A program made the position numbers and the translations under genes. A stretch of 63,965 nt of DNA, filler included, from Hausera hauseri (Eukaryota), in assembly GCA_046269625.1 (NCBI GenBank). It is 12 parts of 12 records of this genome, joined end to end, with 100 filler letters (N's around TTAATTAATTAA, not from the genome) between each part and the next. Parts side by side here need not be neighbours in the genome. Positions count along the whole stretch, not along the records: positions 8,250 to 14,525 come from JBJURY010118098.1; positions 14,626 to 18,637 come from JBJURY010821085.1; positions 18,738 to 23,245 come from JBJURY010548897.1; positions 23,346 to 28,355 come from JBJURY010362262.1; 8 more parts are not named here. One strand, 5' to 3'. The notes beneath the pieces are model-generated. The model saw nothing but the letters and a program-made list of their open reading frames with translations, was not told where the DNA came from and searched no databases. Positions 13,986-24,007 of this stretch are shown piece after piece (position 1 is the stretch's first letter; the number at the start of each line of letters is the position of its first letter).

Positions 13986-14525
13986 TCCAATTGGTTAATC
14001 AGCTTACTCACTTTGATAATGCTAATAAAGCAAATAGGTGCTGTTACCGTCTACGATTGCGATAAGTTTAAACTAGGACAGAAATATTCTCTAATGGACT
14101 TAGAAGTATGTGAGGACGCCAGACCACATAAAGTGGAGACAAAGGAGAAAAGTTACTTCTTATACCAAGATCAAGAATTAATATCGTTGGATGGGATGGA
14201 ATGTATGTTGAGACGATCTTGTAGCATTTTCACTGTGGTCTAATGCACGGACATTCGTCAATAATCAAACTAACAACTCCTCCAATTCCGATGAACTTGG
14301 AACGCCAGCATTGTGAGCAAGCCAGGAAAACCGGAAGATTAAAATGGGATAGCATGAAACTGGAGATGCAACCAGGAAAAATAATTAGAACACATAAAGT
14401 AGTGGTTGAAAGGCTGAACATGCATAATTGACAAAGTAATGGGGCCGAATACGCCACCGGAAAAGGATTAGAATTGAATGTACTGGTTGTAGATTTTTAT
14501 GAATCGGAGATGCAAGTACAGAAAG
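13986..14525 (+). pseudogene. Chuvirus-like glycoprotein N-terminus, copy A
   Basis: Hydrophobic signal WLISLLTLIMLIKQIGA, then VTVYDC...YSLMDLEVC...ECMLRRS..IFHCG..H.HSSI. Confidence 0.85.
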
Positions 14526-14816
14526 NNNNNNNNNNNNNNNNNNNNNNNNNNNNNNNNNNNNNNNNNNNNTTAATTAATTAANNNNNNNNNNNNNNNNNNN
14601 NNNNNNNNNNNNNNNNNNNNNNNNNAACTTATGAACATGTTTACTTAACTTTACTGCTTATTTTACTTGTACAATGTTCATCTGAATTGTTTCTGAGTGT
14701 GTTGAATGTGTGAGATGAGAGTATCTGCATGTATCTTAAACTTATTAGCATGAATACTTTATTTTACTGTTTATTTTACCCGTATAATGTTCATCTGAAT
14801 TGATATGTTTGTTGTC

Positions 14817-14895
14817 TAGGGCAGAAATGTAAAAAGGCTAAGTGCCTATATCTCAACCCTGGTTAAATAAAGATTCATTCATTCATCCATTCATC
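14817..14895 (+). repeat. LINE-type 3' tail (stem-loop, AATAAA, (ATTC)n); related copy at 16219-16290
   Basis: AGGGCAGAAATGTAAA..GGC...TGCCTAT.TCTCAACCCT.GTTAAATAAAGAT plus a microsatellite occurs twice in contig 3. Confidence 0.55.
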
Positions 14896-14994
14896 CAGAA
14901 GAGCTGACACTGATTGATGTGGAGTTGAACAACAACAACATACTAAACTATTATACTTTGCATATTCTCTTTTTGTAGATTTGAATTAAGTTCC

Positions 14995-15095
14995 AGAAAA
15001 TCCAGGAGAGAAAACCCCTAAAGTTTTCACCGGAATTTGAACCCTGGACACCTGACACTCGAAGGGAACGTTCTGGAAGCCACTGTACCCAACAC
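14995..15095 (-). repeat. tRNA-derived SINE head, same family as 15772-16180
   Basis: Minus strand GGTTCAAATTCCGGTGAAAAC...TTTTCTCTCCTGGAT matches 15850-15893. Confidence 0.55.
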
Positions 15096-15156
15096 TAACA
15101 ACGAACATGTGTTTATATGTTATCATACTATATGACTGTAAGCTTTATGGTGTCAA

Positions 15157-15229
15157 GCCCGGTTAGCTCAGTCGGTAGAGCATCAGACTTTTAATCTGAG
15201 GGTCAAGGGTTCAAGTCCCTTATCGGGCG
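15157..15229 (+). tRNA. tRNA-Lys(UUU)
   Basis: 73-nt canonical GCCCGGTTAGCTCAGTCGGTAGAGCATCAGAC-TTT-TAATCTGAGGGTCAAGGGTTCAAGTCCCTTATCGGGCG followed by an oligo-T Pol III terminator. Confidence 0.96.
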
Positions 15230-15771
15230 TAATTTTTTTTATTTTTATTTCCAACGATTAATTTGTAGTATTCATAAAGAATTGACACCGAGGAGAATAT
15301 CCAGAATAGAGAATTGAGAACTTGAATTTAAATGTTTTGAAAGAAAGCAGCTGTCATTTTGATGTTATCAGCTTATCTGGAGATATAGATCGACATGAAC
15401 GAGAGAAGCAGAAGTAGAAGAAGAACAAGAAGAGAAGGAAAGAGAAGAGAAGAAGAAAATAAGGCTTGAGAGTTTGATGAGGAAGATATATTCCTTTGAC
15501 TGATCTCAAAATGATTATGGCCTCTGATTTACAAAAAAAAAAAAAAAGTTAGCAATTATTTTAATTTAATACTAATTTTTAATTTAATAATTATTTTAAA
15601 AAATAATCCTCACCATGAAGGCTTTAAAGTTGACCCATGGACTTCTGTTTTCAACAAGAATTTCCAAAGACAACCATTCGGTAGCAAATCACACACACAG
15701 ATTTAATTATATACTTTAGTACTTACTTTTTTCGGTAGGGTTGAATTAAAGTATTGAGAAAAATGTCTTTA

Positions 15772-16180
15772 TGGTAACGGCTAAAGTGGTTTACTCCTAC
15801 CTGAGATAAAATGACACATCCTCCTCCGCATCGAGTGCTATAAGTACGGGGTTCGAATCCCGGTGGAAGCACTTGGGATTTTTTCTCCTGGATCTTCAAG
15901 TAAAAAATTCCCCTGATCTCTGGGTAGTGAGATCGGACGTCATGCACGTTAAAAATACATTGGCAGTTGATAAATCGAAAAAGAGTAGGCCTAACGGGTA
16001 CAGGACAGTTGGCCTAATGGGTACCGGAGAAATTATCTGGGAAAGTAAAGGCGGCCTGTCGTTATGCTGACAACATAACCCAATCATGTGCCGATGTCAA
16101 GGGAAAAAAATGTGGACACTAACTCCAGATTTCCCTGTATGCCAGTTAGGCGTGTAAATGGACTTTACTTACTTACTTAC
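15772..16180 (+). mobile_element. tRNA-derived SINE with Deu/Nin-like central domain and (TTAC)n tail
   Basis: B-box GGTTCGAATCC (15850); TGCACGTTAAA...TCGAAAAAGAGTAGG; TGCTGACAAC...CCC; ends ATGGACTTTACTTACTTAC. Confidence 0.65.
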
Positions 16181-16499
16181 TAACGGCCGCTGTCCGGGTA
16201 ATTCTAGAAAAATCTACCCCCAGGGCAGAAATGTAAACAGGCAATACTGCCTATTTCTCAACCCTCGTTAAATAAAGATCTTATCTTATCTAATAATCTG
16301 TATATGTTGATATTGATAGATCATAATCAGGTGACACGCTGTGAAGCGTCATGGATCTCCATCTCACGCGATTTCTGGTGTCTCCAATCATCTCTGCTGT
16401 TGAGTTACTTCCGAGCCATTCACGCAATACACTTCTTCTCTGAAGTAAATTTGTATCACGAACTTTCAACATTAAGGGGAAAACATAAGAATTCATTAC

Positions 16500-16970
16500 A
16501 TAAATTGCTTCGTGTCCTAATGAGCTAGCAGACAGACTGACAAAAAAAAAAAAGGGAGCTCGTTCAGCCCAAACTAACAGTAAAGTAACTTTCATCACCA
16601 TGAAACAAATACTGCGAACCATTTCAAAAGAGGACTGGCTGAACCTCTGGGCTCGGTGAAAGACTGGACGAAAACTATACATCCAAATGCCAAAACCTAA
16701 TCCTAATGATGCAGCCAACAACTTGAATCGCCAAGACCAAACTGTTGTTTTCATACTTCAAATACAACAGCATCAACCCTAAACAAACATCTGAGTAGAA
16801 TTGGTAGCAAGAACTATATCATATGCAGATATTGTAACTTTGAGGAGGAAACTGTTGAACACATTCTCTTAAAATGTTACTATCTGAGAGATCTCAGGGA
16901 AGAACTTCTACCTAAATTCCCCACCACAAAAAACTGCCTATATACAGATACAAACCAATTCAGAAGAAGA
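16500..16970 (+). pseudogene. I-group (Ingi/Nimb-like) LINE ORF2 C-terminus
   Basis: NELADRL...; LNRQDQTVVF...; CRYCNFEEETVEHILLKC zinc knuckle. Confidence 0.7.
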
Positions 16971-17112
16971 TCAGAGGTACATCAGAGTGGCATCAGCTGC
17001 CAAGAACAAATAGATCGCAGCTACAGGGTTCCACCAATACGTCATAGTCTTAGAAAGGCACAATTGGCCGCGCCGAACAGATTAGAAATAAAAACAAAAC
17101 ATAAACAAAACA

Positions 17113-17185
17113 CGCCCGATAAGGGACTTGAACCCTTGACCCTCAGATTAAACGTCTGATGCTCTACCGACTGAGATAACCGAGC
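17113..17185 (-). tRNA. tRNA-Lys(UUU), degenerate copy
   Basis: Reverse complement of the 15157 gene with three substitutions, including U33->G in the anticodon loop and a D-stem change. Confidence 0.8.
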
Positions 17186-17399
17186 TTGACACTTTAAGTG
17201 TTTAGATCTGTATAATGAAATAAATTTAAGCCATCATCACCATTATTTGCCTTGCCGAATGCGGTTGGCGATCATGTCTTTCCGCGAATCTGGCCTTTAG
17301 CTCCTTCTCATGTAAGTGTAAACAGTTCCGCCGCATGTAGTCGTGAAGGCCGCATTATCATAGGTAACACATCATTTATGCAACATCCAAGATTTATGG

Positions 17400-17861
17400 A
17401 CATGGAGAAGAATATAGTATTCCTCACAGATGCAAAATGGGTCTTAGAAGCCCTTGAGAGTAGAAAACTGACAAGAGCTGAAAGACTCTTTAGCAGTCAT
17501 CAACGAGACAATGGACCCCATCACACTGTAGAATTCCAGAAAGCTGATACTTTGGCTAAAGGCGTTACAACCAAGCATCCCAATTACATAAGACCACAAT
17601 AAATCACCTCCAATATTACCAGATGCCTATCATATATTGGATAGAAATGAACACGTCACAATATTTCGTCTCAGAACAGGTCACAACAGACTCTGCAACC
17701 ACATGTACACAAAATTAAATCTAGGTGAATCTGCCTTGTGCACGTGCGGACAGTCACCCCAGACTGTGGAACATATCCTCCAAAATGGCACCCAGTATGA
17801 GGCGCACAGACTGGCCAAGAGAAATTGTGAAAATCCCATGAACAGCAAAGAGAACAAATGA
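17400..17861 (+). pseudogene. I-group LINE RNase H and C-terminal CCHC fragment
   Basis: IVFLTDAKWVLEAL; ADTLAK; IFRLRTGHNRLCNHM...CTCGQSPQTVEHIL. Confidence 0.8.
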
Positions 17862-17944
17862 AGATGTTTTACAAGAAGCAGACGCAAAAAAAAAAAAAAA
17901 ACGCTCATCAGTAAGATCAGAAAGAGACAAACATCTATAATTCT

Positions 17945-18160
17945 ATAATCGGCAATGTTTTAAGGAGAGAAAATCTGGAGAAGTTTGTCACGACATGCAA
18001 AAATACCAGGAAACAAGTAGTGGACAACAGAGAATGAAGTGTATGGATGGTTTGCATGAATGGATCGGAAGTAGGTCTACAGCAGAAATGATTGACACCA
18101 AGAATCGCGAGAGATCCATGGCGACCTAGCTTCACAGCGTGGCACCAGATGATGATGATA
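17945..18160 (+). pseudogene. RTE LINE 3' end
   Basis: GNVLRRENLEKFVTTCKIPG resembles the RTE C-terminus; (GAT)n tail at ~18148-18159. Confidence 0.6.
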
Positions 18161-18239
18161 TAAGAATAAGTCTGTAGGACCTTCTTCATTATTTTTATTG
18201 TTATCAATTTATTACACAGGATGTTTTTCATTTTCTGAA

Positions 18240-18360
18240 ATGTTGCTTTAGCCCTGGGCTATCCTGCTTTTCACTTCAGTAATGCATCTTCCATCTGCTG
18301 TTATTATTGTTCCCAAATATTTAAAATTATTCACTTGTCTTGGCTTGCCTTTGATCCACA
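18240..18360 (-). pseudogene. RTE LINE RT thumb fragment
   Basis: QVNNFKYLGTIITADGRCITEVKSRIAQ (manual translation). Confidence 0.7.
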
Positions 18361-18829
18361 GTCATCGAGTGTCAGCTATTGTTGACTTTGATACCGATAT
18401 GTGGTACTGTGCAGTTTTAATAAGCTGCTGTGGGTTTATATAGGACGATGGCGAGCAACAACTGGGGAGCTATTCAGCATAAATATTCACTTGTTTAAAT
18501 GTTGTTTCCTTCAACATTTCTTGTGCAATTTATTTGATGTTTCGTTTTGAAATGACCATTATTTCTATGTTTTTTTTTAAATTTATTTATTATTTATTTA
18601 TTTGGTTTGGGCGGGGGGGGGGGGGGGGGGTCAAGGTNNNNNNNNNNNNNNNNNNNNNNNNNNNNNNNNNNNNNNNNNNNNTTAATTAATTAANNNNNNN
18701 NNNNNNNNNNNNNNNNNNNNNNNNNNNNNNNNNNNNNTTCAGGGCCGCTGGGATCCAAATACCAGTTCAGGTGAAGTTATCTGGATCTAACTTCTCTAAA
18801 AGCAGTGCTACTATGAAAATTTGGAAATA

Positions 18830-19002
18830 AAATTCTGGTTATTTGGAGCTTGGTTTTGCATATAGTGGGTCTGAAGATGATCCATGACCTCAGTGCATCA
18901 TTTGCTTCGAAAGCCTCTCTAATAAGTGCATGAAACCTGCTAAATTTTGTTGGCATCTTGAAACCAAACATGAGGATCATAAAAGCAAGTCAATAGATTT
19001 TT
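18830..19002 (+). pseudogene. hAT (Buster/Charlie, ZBED5-like) transposase BED finger
   Basis: YLELGFAYSGSEDDP*PQCIICFESLSNKCMKPAKFCWHLETKH (manual translation). Confidence 0.8.
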
Positions 19003-19008
19003 AAAGGC

Positions 19009-20150
19009 TTTATATTAGTTTCACTGGCGAAATTAGAATGTACAACGCTGTGTGTGTGTTACAGAACGTTTCGAAACTTTAAGTCTAAATTTTATTAGGT
19101 TCCCAAGCGCGTAGAACCTTGAAATTTTCTGGAGAGATGCATTTTTGTCCCTATTTTGATAATTCGTCGTTGAAATTTGAAAAATATTTTTTTAAGTATT
19201 TTTTAATATTTTTTTTTGTTTTTTCTTTTCGGAACTTTAAGTTTAAATTTAACCGTGTTCCGAAAAGCGTAGATGTTTGAAATTTTCAGGAGAGGTACTT
19301 CTTTGTCCCTATTTTTCGAATTCGTCGTTAAAATTTTTAAATTATTTATATAAGTACCTTTAAATAATTTTTTTTTGGATTTTTTTCTCTCGAGTCCTTC
19401 AAAACTTTAACATAAAATTTCAGCGACTTTACGAGGACGCACAGGTTTCAAATTTTCTGGAGATATAAATTTTTGTCCCTATTTTGATAAATCGTCGTTG
19501 AAATTTGAAAAATACTTTTTTAAGTATTTTTTTTTAATTTTTTCTGTTTTTTCTTTTAGGAACTTTATGTCAAAATTTTACCAATTTCCGTAAGGTGTAT
19601 AGCTTTGAAATTTTGAGGAGAGATAACTTTTTGTTCCTATTTTTCGTATTCGTCGTTAAAAGTTTTAAAATATTTATATAAGTATTTTTAAATATTTTTT
19701 TTCTATATTTTTTTTCCTTGAAGCCTTCGAAACTTTAACATAAAATTTCGCAGAATTCCCGACGGCGTACAACTTTCAAATTTTTATCAGATATCATGTT
19801 CTGTCCCTATTTTGATATTTCGTCGTTAAAAGTTAAAAAATATTTTTTTAAGTATTTTTTTTTTATTTTTTTCTGTATTTTCATTATAGAACTTTAAGTT
19901 GAAATTTAACCAATTTTCGAAATGCGTACAGCTTTGAAATTTTCATTACAGATGCTTATCGGTCTCTATTTCGATAATTCGTCATTAAAATTTTAAATTT
20001 CGGTACATTAGTATTTTTTATTTATTTTTAATTAAGAGTCTGTTTTCGACCTTCTGAATTAAATTGCGTAACCAATCAGCGTTGTCGTATTCCCTCCTCC
20101 CAAGCTCCACGTGACAGAGACGTATTTTACGTCACGACGTAATGTTCTAG
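19009..20150 (+). mobile_element. Non-autonomous Helitron/Helentron-like element with internal tandem array
   Basis: TTTATATTAG start, (TG)n microsatellite, six ~164-bp units, perfect hairpin TTACGTC-AC-GACGTAA (20127-20142), then CTAG (20147-20150). Confidence 0.6.
19073..20030. repeat. Tandem repeat, ~6 monomers with alternating 158/170-bp period
   Basis: AACTTT anchors at 19075, 19233, 19403, 19561, 19731, 19890; conserved CCTATTTT and TCGTCGTT cores. Confidence 0.92.
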
Positions 20151-20289
20151 GCGCATTTGCCAACTTCTGTTCCAGGTAGGATATTTCTACTGTTGTCTTA
20201 TTTAAATAATAGTTTTTTTGATGTATTTTATTTCATTGAAGCAAATTTATTTCCCCATAGTCTAATTCTTTATATTCCACAGATATATA

Positions 20290-23245
20290 CATGTCTTTTC
20301 ATAGCTTATTTCTCGGTATTCTACAGTCCGTCTTTGTTTCGATTTTGTCAGTTACTGTTCGATTCATCACTTCTCACGCAATTATTTGCTTCAGAAATTA
20401 TGCACCTGCTATATTTTTTTATTTGTTATGCCTTTTCTGAATGTTTACCGTTTAATTTGGTATTTTTTCTATACATTTCATATGATTTTTTAGTTTAGTA
20501 AATTACTGTTCGAATAATAACTTCTCATACATTGGTGAATACGGCTGTATATATTGTGTGATGCCATAAGACCGTAGTGCGACAAACCAAACCCATACAT
20601 TATATGTTCCATGGCGGTTTTCGTTCAAATTTGCTTTTGTAATCATGCACTTTTCACCTGCTACATTTTTATTTGTTCATGACTTTTCTCAATGTTTACC
20701 CTTGAACTTAGAAATATATATATATATATATATTTTTTTTTTTCCATTCCTTACATGTACTTTACATTCCTTTATGAATTTACTGTTGCTTTGAATAATT
20801 ACAAAAATTATTAACTTGCATTTGTTGTTTAGATTTATTTCAATATACATTTAGATTTTCATTTTTTTCAATGATTTGAATTTCTTTGCTGTAGTTTTGA
20901 ATAATTACATAACTTAAAGTGAAAGAAATCCCCCTCCCTTACAATTTTTAATAGTGATGAAAGATTGATTTCAATTTAGATTTATAATTTAATTTTTTTA
21001 AATGGTCTGATTATATCTGCTGTTGCTTTTAATAATTATACAAATTAATATCATGAATTTGTTTCCCCCCCCCTTAACAAAATATTTTGAATTACGTACA
21101 AAAGTGTGTTTAAATTTGAAATTAAATTTCCAAGCATTATTTGCATCCGTTTGAATAAAATTTTAAAGATTGCTGTTTCTCCCCCCCCCCCCCCCCCACG
21201 ATAAAAACCTATTCCAAAGCTCGGGGGGGGGGAGGAATATACTACCTGCTTCAATTTCTTTTTTTCTATTCTTCTTTTCTTTACATTCTAACAATCTTTG
21301 GTATGGATTGTAACTGCCTTTAACAATACATGCAGACAAATTTACAAAAAAACAGACATTTTTCTGGTGAAACCGTCTACTACACGCTTAGCTTTTCCTT
21401 ACAGTCTGATAGTGTTTGGTACCCAGTGGTCAATTTCGTTAATTTGGGAATGGCATTACTAGATGTTTCTCTTTCTCATGATGCATGCATCTACTAGATG
21501 CTTCGGTTACTTTTTCCCGAGTCACAAATATGTTCTTGATCATGTTTTTTGTGTCCTGACATATTATTGGACAGTTTTGTTACGTTACTTATCCTTAGTA
21601 ATAATTGGATCCAGGTACTTAATTGCAGTTTTTACATACGGTGACTCTTCTCACTTTCTGTATCGTTAATTAGGGAATGGCATTACTAGATGTTGAGGAT
21701 TTTCCGATCCAGGTACTTAAAAGTACTACAGTTTTTACATAAGGGGATTCTTGACACTTTCAGTTTCTTGCACATAGTTTTCATGGTCTCTGATTTTTTT
21801 AGGGAATGGCATTACTAGATGTTTCTCCTTCACATTATGTTTGTGTTACACCAAAGTACAAATCTTTCTTTTCCCTTTATTACAATGCCTTATGATTTGA
21901 GGTTCAGTCCATTTAAAATGTTGCATCGGTTCTTCTCCAGTAGGCATCAATCTGCCTTCGGAATACATTCTTTGCTGAGGTCGTATGAAGAATATGTATT
22001 TCAGTGTTTTAAAAATTCTTTAATACCCTTTACCTAATTTCATGCGGTTATTTCCAAAAGTGTTGAGAATAGCTGAGTTATTAATTAACGATAATGCTTC
22101 ACAAAAATACAAGCCTTATAATTAAATAAATTTGCGTGAGAAGTGATGAATCGAACACTAACTGACAAAATCTAAACGGGTTACAAAGACGGAATGTACA
22201 ATACCGAGAAATTTGGAGAAACCATCTACCAGACGCTTCCGTTCTTTTTCCCCAAACTTCAAATATCTTCTTAATATTCTGTTTCGTGAGTTTAACTAAT
22301 GCTTTTTCTATCCCCCTCCCCCCAAAGGTACAAATCCTTTCCCACGATCGGGGGGGGGGGGTGTATACTTCATGCTTCAATTTCCTGGTACTTATTCCTA
22401 CCATAGTTTTTACATGTGATATTCTTAACATTTTCAGTCGCTTCATTAGATACATAATGAAAATTTCCCACTGTGACTTTCTTTTACTAAAATAAAAAAA
22501 CATATGAAATGTATAGAAAAAATTCCAAATTCAACAGTCAACATTCAGAAAAGGCATAACAAATAAAAACATACAGCAGGTGCATAATTTCTAAAGCAAA
22601 TATTTGTGTGAGAAGTGATGAATAGTTACAATCCATACCAAAGATTGTTAGAATGTACAGAAATGAATAATAGAAAAAAAGAAATTGAAGCAGGTAGTAT
22701 ATTCCTCCCCGCCCCCCCAAACTTTGGAATAGATTTTTATCTTAGGGGGAGGAGAAACACCATGAGGTATATACTTCCCCCCCCTCTGAGCTTGGGCAAG
22801 GATTTTTATCCTTTGGGGGGAGGGGGATACAAAAAAACATTAGTTAAACTCACGAAACAGAATATTAAGAAGATATTTGAAGTTCGGGAAAAAAGAACTG
22901 AGGCGTCTGGTAATCATGTTTTTTGTGTCCTCACATGTTATTGGACACTTTTTTTACGTTACTTATCCTTAGTAATAATTGAATCCACGTACTTAATTGC
23001 ATTTTTTACATACGGTGACTCTTCTCACTTTCTGTATCGTTAATTAGGTAATGGCATTACTAGATGTTGAGGATTTTCCGATCCAGGTACTTACTAGTAC
23101 TACAGTTTTTAAATAAGGGGATTCTTCACACTTTCAGTTTCTTGCACATAGTTTTCATGGTCTCAGAATTTTTTAGGGAATGGCATTACTAGATGTTTCT
23201 CCTTCACATTATGTTTGTGTTACACCAAAGTACAAATCTTTCTTT
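20290..23245. repeat. Mosaic of direct and inverted repeats
   Basis: 21541-21870 repeats directly at 22915-23245; 22228-22370 is inverted at 22766-22911; 21190-21315 is inverted at 22625-22745; parts of 20290-20480 are inverted at 22130-22620; AATGGCATTACTAGATGTT occurs five times. Confidence 0.85.
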
Positions 23246-23377
23246 NNNNNNNNNNNNNNNNNNNNNNNNNNNNNNNNNNNNNNNNNNNNTTAATTAATTA
23301 ANNNNNNNNNNNNNNNNNNNNNNNNNNNNNNNNNNNNNNNNNNNNTTCTAGCACGCCTGGAGAATTTTGATAAGACA

Positions 23378-24007
23378 TTGCAATTAGCTCAGGACATAGA
23401 AATGGTATTGGATAAATATACCAGAAAAAACAACAGAAGTGATGGAAATAATGATCAAAGTGATCTAAGCGATAGAAATCGGAATGATAGAAACGCTAGA
23501 CGATTTAACAGGAATTATTGGGATTGTAATAAGAACGGTAACTATGATCACAAAAGTAATCGCTATGGTAATCGGAATTTTGATAATAGCCGAAATAGTT
23601 CATCTAGTAAACTAAACTACAATTCGGATAGACGCCTAGATAGCTCTAGAAATTTTAACAATGGAAATCGACAGAATGACAGCCAAAGTTATGATAGTCG
23701 CCAATATGGGGACTCCAGACAAGCCCCGCAACATCAGAATTACAATAGGAATTTGAGTAGATCGAAATCTCCGGTTAATGAAGACGGTCGACAAAGGGTC
23801 GGCAGAAACGGCAACTTGATTTGTTATACATGCGGGCAAGAAGGACACATAGCGAGATCCTGTCCAAACCCACGAAGCGTTTCGTTTGTTGAGCCTAGCA
23901 AAACCAATGTAGTTAAAAATGAAAATCTAGAAGCAATTTACGGTGTTCGTAAAGTCACAGGTATGATCATTGCGATACAAGACTTACGACGTTTTTTAAA
24001 GATCTAA
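23378..24007 (+). pseudogene. gag C-terminus with CCHC zinc knuckle, copy B
   Basis: CX2CX4HX4C motif after an N/R/D-rich linker. Confidence 0.9.

Larger units (their letters stand above)
8250..14525 (+). mobile_element. env-bearing LTR retroelement, copy A (LTR 3' part, PBS, gag, unknown X, env N-terminus)
   Basis: LTR end ...TAACA, then PBS, gag, a long decayed ORF and the glycoprotein start; collinear with contigs 5 and 9. Confidence 0.9.

Noticed and set aside
13601-14011. Antisense ORFs at homologous positions in copies A, B and C (also 27215-27787 and 49425-49751) as an antisense gene
   Set aside because: In copy A the ORF lies in the antisense register where stops need Tyr/His/Gln codons on the sense strand, so long open frames arise by chance; starts and lengths differ between copies.
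15815-15872. Third tRNA gene
   Set aside because: B-box present but no cloverleaf; it continues into a SINE body.
19073-20030. CRISPR-like array
   Set aside because: Whole 158-170-bp units are homologous, with no unique spacers or cas genes, in a eukaryotic context.
20157-23043. Hydrophobic ORFs in contig 4 as membrane proteins
   Set aside because: They are translations of T-rich repeats that recur in both orientations.
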